From positions 872,651 through 936,650 of the forward strand of contig CAVTJV010000007.1 of assembly GCA_963735185.1 (NCBI GenBank): a DNA stretch of 64,000 nucleotides. Direction: 5' to 3'. The notes under the pieces were generated by a model that saw nothing but the letters and a program-made list of their open reading frames with translations, had not been told where the DNA came from and made no database searches. This DNA is from an uncultured Thermoplasmata archaeon (GTDB lineage Archaea > Thermoplasmatota > Thermoplasmata > Lutacidiplasmatales > UBA184). Within the stretch, counting starts at the first letter, position 1, and every line of letters begins with the position of its first letter. Positions 57,728 through 64,000 of the stretch are shown one piece after another. The translations under genes were made by a program, and so were the position numbers.

Positions 57728-58999
57728 TTAGAAGTGCTGACGGAGTGTCGGCGGAGAAATCGGGTTTCCCTGACGGAAAACCGAGCCCGGAATCACGTCG
57801 AAACGGTATCCGAGCTGGTCGACCGCGGGGACGGGGAACACGGCGAAGTCGGCGGGCCGGCCCGGAGCGACCGTACCCGCGTACTCGAGGCCGACGGCGT
57901 GCGCCGCGTTGACGGTCGCCGCCGTCAGCGCTTCCGCCGGTGACAGCCGAGCGGCGTGGACCGCGTGGGCGAGCACGAGGGGCATCGCCTCGACCCAGGA
58001 GTTCGGCGAGCAATCCGTGCCGAGGGCGACGGGAACGCCGGCATCCACCATCTCCCGGCCTTGGCTACGGACGCCGGGGGAGGCGGTGAGCGCCGTGATC
58101 GGGAGGAGCACCGCCGTGACGCCGCTCTTCGCGAGGAGCGCGCGGTCCTCGGCTCGCGCCGCGAGCAGGTGGTCGGCCGACACGGCGCGGAGCCGCGATG
58201 CGAGGCGAGCGCCGCCGGAGAGGACGAACTCCTCGGCGTGGATCTTGGCGCCGAGGCCGAGGGAGAGCGCGGCGCGCAGAAGCCGCTCGGACTGACGGAC
58301 GGAGAAGAACCCCGGTTCGCAGAAGACGTCGCAGAAGCGGGCGAGTCCCTCCTTCGCTACCCTCGGAAGCGCCTCCCGGACGAGGAGGTCGACGTACGCA
58401 TCGGGCCGAGCCCGGTACTCGGGCGCGACCGCGTGCGCGCCGAGGAACGTGGGCACGAGCTGTAGCCCGGTGCGCCGGGCGAGCCGCGGGATGAGGCGAA
58501 GGAGCCGCAGCTCTCCCTCGACCGTGAGAGCGTAGCCGGACTTCACCTCGACCGAGGTGGTCCCCCAACCTCCCATGCGACCCAGCCGGCCCGCCGCCTC
58601 GGCAATCAGCGTTGCGTCGGAGGCCGCGCGGGTCGCCCGCACGGTCGCATAGAGGCCCCCGCCGGCCCGCGCGATCTCGGCATACCCGACCCCCCGTACC
58701 TTGAGCGGGAGCTCGAACGCCCGGTTCCCCGCGAAGAGGACGTGGGTGTGCGCGTCCACGAACCCCGGGACCACGACCCCGCCCTCCGCCGACAGGCGCC
58801 GCCCTCCGGGACGAAGGCGGACGGATCGGGATAGGGCGCGTTCGCGCCCGACCCAGACGAAACACCCCTCGGCGACCGCGATGGCCGCGTCCGGGACGAC
58901 CCCGAGCTCCTCGGCGTCCTTCCCGATGCGGGGCAACGGCCCCCGGGCGAGGGTCGCGAGCTCGCGGATGTCGGTCACGACGAGGTCTGCCGAGATCAT
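57728..58999 (-). CDS. hutI: imidazolonepropionase-like metal-dependent amidohydrolase
   Basis: PGFVDAHTHV metal-binding motif and amidohydrolase TIM-barrel signature (H-x-H, later H and D). Start at Met62 of the ORF (ATGA overlap with rnz). Confidence 0.65.
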   Translation of the reverse strand: MISADLVVTDIRELATLARGPLPRIGKDAEELGVVPDAAIAVAEGCFVWVGRERALSRSVRLRPGGRRLSAEGGVVVPGFVDAHTHVLFAGNRAFELPLKVRGVGYAEIARAGGGLYATVRATRAASDATLIAEAAGRLGRMGGWGTTSVEVKSGYALTVEGELRLLRLIPRLARRTGLQLVPTFLGAHAVAPEYRARPDAYVDLLVREALPRVAKEGLARFCDVFCEPGFFSVRQSERLLRAALSLGLGAKIHAEEFVLSGGARLASRLRAVSADHLLAARAEDRALLAKSGVTAVLLPITALTASPGVRSQGREMVDAGVPVALGTDCSPNSWVEAMPLVLAHAVHAARLSPAEALTAATVNAAHAVGLEYAGTVAPGRPADFAVFPVPAVDQLGYRFDVIPGSVFRQGNPISPPTLRQHF

Positions 59000-59898
59000 G
59001 GTTGCAGGATGGGGTGGTCGAGGAGGTCCCGAGCGACCTGAGAGCCCGGGAAGAGGATGCGCGCTTCGGATTCGAGCGGTTCCAGCTCCTTGTAGCGGGC
59101 CGAGAAATGCGTGAGGAAGAGGGTGGCGACCTCGGCGGCGTTCGCGAGCTCCGCTGCCTGGCGGGCCGAGGAGTGGCCCCATTCGTTCGCCTGGGCCTCG
59201 AGCTCCTGGGAGACCGTGGCCTCGTGGATGAGGACGGTGGCTCGGTGCGCCAGGCGTTGCACCTCCTCCGATGGCGCGGTGTCGCCCGAGTACACCACCG
59301 ACCGGCCGGAGCGTGGCGGTCCCATCACGTCCGAGGGACTGACCACGGTCGACCCGACCCGGACCGACTCACCGGCCTCGAGCTTGGCAAAGTCCCGCCC
59401 GTGGATCCCGAGGGAATGGGCCTTCGCTCCGTCGAACCGACCCCGCTTGGGGCCTTCCTCGACCCGATAGGCGAGGGAGGGGACAGGGTGGATGGCGGCC
59501 GCGGTGCGCACCGTATAGCCGTCCAGCTCGACCGTGGCACCGGCGGAAAGCGCGTGGACGGTGACCGGGAACCGGAGGGTGAAGTATCCCATCCGGAGCG
59601 CCCTCCCGACCATCTCCTCGGCATCGGGGGGTCCGTAGACGTCGAGCGGCTCGGTCCGGTTGTTGAGGCACATGCTCTGGATGAGGCCCGGGAGACCGAG
59701 GAAATGGTCTCCGTGAAAGTGGGTCAGGAAGACCCTGCGGACCCGCATGAACGACGCGGACGACTGGAAGAACTGGCGTTGGGTGCCTTCCCCGCAGTCG
59801 AGGAGGATGAGCTCCTTCTCCGCGTCCAACGCGATCGCGCTCGCCGACCGCTCCTTGGTCGGCCACGAGCCTGCGGTGCCGAGAAAGGTCAGGCGCAT
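58996..59898 (-). CDS. rnz: ribonuclease Z (tRNA 3' endonuclease, metallo-beta-lactamase fold)
   Basis: HFHGDH motif, 300 aa. Start at Met84 of the ORF. Confidence 0.85.
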   Translation of the reverse strand: MRLTFLGTAGSWPTKERSASAIALDAEKELILLDCGEGTQRQFFQSSASFMRVRRVFLTHFHGDHFLGLPGLIQSMCLNNRTEPLDVYGPPDAEEMVGRALRMGYFTLRFPVTVHALSAGATVELDGYTVRTAAAIHPVPSLAYRVEEGPKRGRFDGAKAHSLGIHGRDFAKLEAGESVRVGSTVVSPSDVMGPPRSGRSVVYSGDTAPSEEVQRLAHRATVLIHEATVSQELEAQANEWGHSSARQAAELANAAEVATLFLTHFSARYKELEPLESEARILFPGSQVARDLLDHPILQP

Positions 59899-60009
59899 CG
59901 GACAGCCGCACCTTGTTTCGGGTAAAAGGCCGTTGGGGGATGGCCCTCTCGGGTCTTCGCCTACTTTCCGAGGCAAAAGAGGAAAAGGAGCGTACGGCTG
60001 GGTCGGTCG

Positions 60010-61182
60010 ATGGTCGACTGGGACCGGGTGGAGGAGCTCCGGTCGAAAGGCTGGGACTGGGACAAGATTGCGGACGACCCGAAGGTCGCGTTCCATCCCG
60101 ATTCCTCGGTGGAGGAACCCGGGCGCGCGCTCCGGGGGCTCTATCACCGGCAGCGGTCGCGCCAGCGTCGCCAGGGCGAAGCCCCCAAGGCCGTCACCCC
60201 GACCAAGGAGGACCGCGAGAAGGCGGAACGGAAATGGACCCTCCCCCGCATCGGCTACCTCCTCGTGCCGATCTTCGGGATCTGGTTCGCCCTCGCCTAC
60301 ATCGTCCCCTCTCCGGTCGGTCTCGTCCTACCGGCGATCCCGTACCTCGCTCTCGCCCTCGTCATCGCGGCGTTCCTCCTCCTCTTCGGTCTGTTCCGCT
60401 CCGACAAGGCGCGTTGGTCGAAGGTCTACCGGTCAACCTTGGTGACGGGGATCGTGCTGGGTCTCGTGATCTCGGGGGTCATCGCCCTCGGCGGCGTTCT
60501 CTTCTTCGGCTGCCCGGTCCTCCCGTCCTCTCAGCACTCGGAACCCGCTCCCGGCTGGACCTCGGTGAGCGTCTCCCCGTGGCACGAGAACGGCCTGCCG
60601 ACCGTCTACTACTACGGCGCGACCTGGTGCCCGTACTGTTCCGCGAGCAGCTGGGCCATCTGGAAGGCGCTCAGCGGGTTCGGAACCGTGAGCGGCGTAT
60701 CGTTCATCTACTCCGCCGAGGACAATATTCCCGAGGTGGACCTATCGAGCGCCCAGGTCACTTCCGCCACCCCGACGGTCACATTCGTCGTGAACGAGGA
60801 CACCTCCGGGGTCACCGGGAACTTCCCGACCACTTCCAACTGCATCGAGCAGGCGTACGTCAGCGCCTACTCCGGTAGCTCGATCCCGTTCGTGGTCATC
60901 AATGGCCAGTACGTGCACGGGGGTTCGTCGCTCATCTCGCCGGGGGACGTCAACACGTACACGACCACCCAGTTGGAACAACAGGTCGGGGCCGCGAACG
61001 GGGGTGCCTGGTCCGTGGTTCAGGGACAGACGTGGTGGATGATGGCGTTCATCGCCAAGTCGGCCGGCGCCACACCCGCCAACCTAGCCCAGCAGCCGTA
61101 CTACTCGGGTTGGGGCGCCAACGCGGTGTGGGGCAGCAGCACCCAAAGTTCCGTGTCGAGCGACCTTTCCCAGATCACCTAG
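60010..61182 (+). CDS. membrane-anchored thioredoxin-like thiol-disulfide oxidoreductase (CPYC; DUF929-like)
   Basis: 3-4 N-terminal TMs, then YYYGATWCPYCSASSW (Trx-fold CxxC). Confidence 0.75.
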   Translation: MVDWDRVEELRSKGWDWDKIADDPKVAFHPDSSVEEPGRALRGLYHRQRSRQRRQGEAPKAVTPTKEDREKAERKWTLPRIGYLLVPIFGIWFALAYIVPSPVGLVLPAIPYLALALVIAAFLLLFGLFRSDKARWSKVYRSTLVTGIVLGLVISGVIALGGVLFFGCPVLPSSQHSEPAPGWTSVSVSPWHENGLPTVYYYGATWCPYCSASSWAIWKALSGFGTVSGVSFIYSAEDNIPEVDLSSAQVTSATPTVTFVVNEDTSGVTGNFPTTSNCIEQAYVSAYSGSSIPFVVINGQYVHGGSSLISPGDVNTYTTTQLEQQVGAANGGAWSVVQGQTWWMMAFIAKSAGATPANLAQQPYYSGWGANAVWGSSTQSSVSSDLSQIT

Positions 61183-61191
61183 AACGTCGAA

Positions 61192-61704
61192 ATGCGGACG
61201 CGGGATATCCGGTCGGTCATCTACCTCGCCGGCGGGCTCGGCCTCATCGTCGCGATCTACACGTACCTCGAGACGGTCCAGGCGTCGCTGCAGAAGTACT
61301 GCACCATCAACGCCTACGTCTCGTGCGGAGCCGTCGCGAACAGCGGGAGGACCGCGCTCTTCGGCGTCCCGGATTCGTTCATTGGCATCGGCGGTTTCGT
61401 CCTCATCCTGCTCGTGGCCGGGGTCGCGGAGTCCCGACGTAAGGAACTCCTCTGGCCGTACCTGCTGCTCCTCATCACGGCGATGGGAGTCGGGGTCTCC
61501 CTCTACTTCCTCTACGAGGAGCTCTTCGAGATCCAGGCGCTCTGCCCCGTCTGCCTCGCCGCCTGGGTCTGTGGCTGGGTCGCGTGCGGCGGCTCGATCG
61601 CCCTCGTCCGCAAGGTCCGTGCCAAGGCCCGGTCCCGCGCGCAAGAGAAACCGGCCCCGCCCCCCTCCCCGGAGGGGACGTCGCATCCCTCCCCCAAGGA
61701 CTAG
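61192..61704 (+). CDS. vitamin K epoxide reductase (VKOR) family protein
   Basis: Loop cysteine pair (CTINAYVSC) and TM4 CPVC motif. Confidence 0.8.
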   Translation: MRTRDIRSVIYLAGGLGLIVAIYTYLETVQASLQKYCTINAYVSCGAVANSGRTALFGVPDSFIGIGGFVLILLVAGVAESRRKELLWPYLLLLITAMGVGVSLYFLYEELFEIQALCPVCLAAWVCGWVACGGSIALVRKVRAKARSRAQEKPAPPPSPEGTSHPSPKD

Positions 61705-61785
61705 ATTCCTCGCCGGTGGAGCGGGACCACTCCCGTGGGTTCCGGGTTATATACCCGACCTTGTTCGGCCGGCCCGGGTCGCTCT

Positions 61786-62016
61786 ATGGTCAGCGATACA
61801 GTAGCTGCCGCCGGGCTCATCGCCGCCGGCATCGCCATCGCGGGCGGGCTGATCGGCACGGGCATGGCGCAGTCCGGCATCGGCGCAGCCGGCATGGGGA
61901 TCATCGCCGAGAAGCCGGAGAAGTTCGGCCAAGTGTTGTTCTTCTTCGTCATCCCCGAGACGCTCTGGATCATCGGCTTCGTGCTGGGGATCATCCTCTT
62001 GCTCGGGGTCATCTAG
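61786..62016 (+). CDS. atpK: A-type ATP synthase subunit K (proteolipid)
   Basis: Two-TM hairpin with conserved E (FVIPETLWIIGF). TATA ttatatac at 61749-61756. Confidence 0.85.
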   Translation: MVSDTVAAAGLIAAGIAIAGGLIGTGMAQSGIGAAGMGIIAEKPEKFGQVLFFFVIPETLWIIGFVLGIILLLGVI

Positions 62017-62035
62017 TAGCCGTGCGCTCGGTCCT

Positions 62036-62587
62036 ATGAGCCTCGAAAGCCTCGTCGACGAGATCCGCCGTCGCGGCGAGGCCGACCTCGCCGAGGTCCT
62101 CGCCCGCCGGGAGGCCGATAGCGCGAAGATCCTCGCCGATACGGACCGTCGGCTCGAAGAGGTCCGTTCGGAAAGTGCCGGTGCCACCGACGCCGAGGTC
62201 GCCCACGAACGGGCCCAACGCCTGGCGGCGGCGAAGCTCCAATCCCGGAAACTCCTCTACGAGGCCCGGGAGAAGCGGCTCGTGAACGCAATCGCGGAGA
62301 CCCGGGACCTCCTGGAAGGGTACACCCGGTCCGTGCAGTATCCGGCTGTGTTGAAGCGGATGGTCGCGGCCGCCGGCGAATCGCTTGGCAAGCCCGTCCG
62401 CATCTCCGGCCGAGCCGAGGACGCCGCATTGCTCGCCAAGGTCGCCGGGAAGAGCTTCGACCCGACGCCTCAGCCGATCCTCGGAGGCCTCATCGCGGAG
62501 ACCCCCGACGGGAGCCGCCGACTGAACCTCTCGTTCGACGAGCTCCTCCGGCTGCGCGAGGACCGGGTCCGCGCGCTCCTCGCCTAG
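62036..62587 (+). CDS. atpE: A-type ATP synthase subunit E
   Basis: 183-aa charged helical N-terminus plus globular C-terminus; operon position after K. Confidence 0.85.
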   Translation: MSLESLVDEIRRRGEADLAEVLARREADSAKILADTDRRLEEVRSESAGATDAEVAHERAQRLAAAKLQSRKLLYEAREKRLVNAIAETRDLLEGYTRSVQYPAVLKRMVAAAGESLGKPVRISGRAEDAALLAKVAGKSFDPTPQPILGGLIAETPDGSRRLNLSFDELLRLREDRVRALLA

Positions 62588-62600
62588 GCCGGCATCTATC

Positions 62601-63677
62601 ATGGCGTCCTCTCCGTACGCGAGCGCCCTCGGTCGCCTGAACCCGGAGTTCCCCGCGTTCCTTCCCAAGGAGACGTACCCGCTGCTCCTCGCGGCCAAGG
62701 ACCCGAACGAGTTCGCGAAGATCCTCGAGACGACCCCGTACGCCGAGGACGTCGCCCGCGTCCGAGCGACCCACTCCGACGTCACCCTGGTCGAGCTCGC
62801 GATCAACCGCACCTTCGTGCGGAGGAACCGACACGCGTTCGAGGCGACCCCGTTCGCCGGTCGCTCGGTCGTCGCGGCGTACCTGGGTCGTTGGGACATC
62901 CAGAACATCGAGATGATCCTCACGGCGAAGGCGAAGGGGCGGGGGGTCACCGATACCGAGGACCACCTGATCTCGAGCCGCGAGATCCCCGCCGGACTGT
63001 ACGCGGGCGCAATGAACCTGGACGACTTTCGGATCCTCCTCGGCCAGCCGACGGTCGAAGCGATGGTCACCTCGCTCGTGAAGTACGGCTACGGCGCGAC
63101 GATCCTGCCGTTCCTCGAGGCGTTCGAGCGGACGCACAACATCTTCCCCATCCTGCTCGCGCTCGACAAGGAGTACTACCGGAACGTGCTCGCCCAGGCC
63201 CGCTTCTTCCAGGGCGATGAGTGGGTGGTACGCAACCTCGTCCAGAGCGAGATCGACGCGCGGAACGCCCTCCTCCTCCTCAAGGGGAAGGCCCACCGCC
63301 TGCCGGTCGACGACGTCCTCGCCCGGTGGACGGACGGAGGCACGTTGACCGCGAGTGAAGCCTCGGACATCTTCTCGGCCCGGACCGTCCCCGAGCTCGC
63401 CGATCGCCTCGCACCCCGGTGCCCCTCGATCGGGGACGGCGCCGCCGAGTGGGAGTCGGCCGAAAGCCTGACGGGCTACGAGGTCGCGATCGAACGCGAG
63501 CGGGCCGCCACCGAACTGAAGCGCCTACGGACCTACCCGCTCTCGCTCAGCGTGATCTTCGCGTTCCTATTGCGGAACGAGCTCGAACGCAGCGACCTCC
63601 GCCGGGCCGTGTTCGGTCGGTTGTACGGGGTCCCCCCCGAGCGGCTGACCCCGCTGCTCGTATCGCCCCGCCTCTGA
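62601..63677 (+). CDS. atpC: A-type ATP synthase subunit C
   Basis: 358-aa all-helical protein; position between E and (expected) F. Confidence 0.8.
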   Translation: MASSPYASALGRLNPEFPAFLPKETYPLLLAAKDPNEFAKILETTPYAEDVARVRATHSDVTLVELAINRTFVRRNRHAFEATPFAGRSVVAAYLGRWDIQNIEMILTAKAKGRGVTDTEDHLISSREIPAGLYAGAMNLDDFRILLGQPTVEAMVTSLVKYGYGATILPFLEAFERTHNIFPILLALDKEYYRNVLAQARFFQGDEWVVRNLVQSEIDARNALLLLKGKAHRLPVDDVLARWTDGGTLTASEASDIFSARTVPELADRLAPRCPSIGDGAAEWESAESLTGYEVAIERERAATELKRLRTYPLSLSVIFAFLLRNELERSDLRRAVFGRLYGVPPERLTPLLVSPRL

Positions 63678-63707
63678 TCGAAGGGAACGCGAGCGCACCG
63701 AACCGGT

Positions 63708-64000
63708 TCACTGCACGGGGGTCTGGACGATCGGTCCCCCGGGAAGCTCTCCATGGGTGTCCAGGGAGGACACCGTGTGGGTCCGGGGGGAACCGAACGG
63801 ACGGAAGACCTTCCCGTTACCGGTGTAGAACTTCGAGAAGTACTCGACGAAGATCAGCCGCGCTCCCTGGATCCCCGGCTCGAAGACCCCGATGACTACG
63901 TTGAATGCCTGGCCGATGATGATGATGACGAGACCGGCGAAGATCCCCACCAGCGTCCCGCCGAGGATGAGGCCGCCGCCGATGGTGTTGATGACGAGCG
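63708..64000 (-). CDS. atpI: A-type ATP synthase subunit I (a-subunit), C-terminal end; gene continues beyond window
   Basis: Minus strand reads ...[51 protein letters not shown], the conserved a-subunit C-terminus. Confidence 0.65.
   Translation of the reverse strand, partial: LVINTIGGGLILGGTLVGIFAGLVIIIIGQAFNVVIGVFEPGIQGARLIFVEYFSKFYTGNGKVFRPFGSPRTHTVSSLDTHGELPGGPIVQTPVQ

Noticed and set aside
1-64000. CRISPR array, IS elements/transposases, integrases, rRNA genes
   Set aside because: No direct-repeat/spacer periodicity, no DDE or tyrosine recombinase motifs, no rRNA-like stretches seen. The solo Cas4-like gene is not accompanied by cas1/cas2.

Overview
High-GC (about 70%) archaeal chromosomal window with a euryarchaeal-type gene set: PolD large subunit, FtsZ, A-type ATP synthase K/E/C/I, the L7Ae-S28e-L24e-Ndk cluster, RadA, split MetE-like genes, PurP, class II RNR, PolX and an SRP RNA. 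It is mostly housekeeping: translation, purine and NAD biosynthesis, and DNA repair (AlkA, MutY, PolX, RadA). Accessory-looking genes are interspersed. No CRISPR array, rRNA or obvious transposase was found. The strongest candidate for an undescribed system is a translationally coupled pair at 2894-5787: a 106-aa unknown protein followed by a soluble TraG/VirD4/HerA-FtsK-superfamily ATPase with no TM segments, carrying a winged-helix module and an Hjc-like (restriction-endonuclease fold) C-terminus. It sits behind a 670-nt non-coding stretch and is followed by a 2H phosphoesterase (LigT). Second is a Cas4-family nuclease with all four Fe-S cysteines but a two-helix membrane hairpin inserted into it, lying between rpl24e and ndk and split over two overlapping ORFs. 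Other notable items are a tRNA-Arg(UCG) with a probable 26-nt T-loop intron, an archaeal SRP RNA on the minus strand, NiSOD with its SodX maturation peptidase, a RadA-like HhH/coiled-coil/KaiC-like protein, a STAND (AAA_16)-TPR NTPase, a VKOR with a membrane thioredoxin partner, a MarR-MFS operon with a palindromic operator, and a lower-GC 71-aa lysine-rich tandem-repeat protein with a textbook hairpin-T8 terminator. Several conserved genes (tyrS, purH, the STAND gene, possibly the KaiC-like and Cas4-like genes) carry single-nucleotide frameshifts at homopolymer runs, and metE lacks a stop codon. This pattern suggests assembly indel errors, so every split-gene observation needs read-level confirmation. 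Long antisense ORFs are common because stop codons are scarce at this GC content, and many were rejected.
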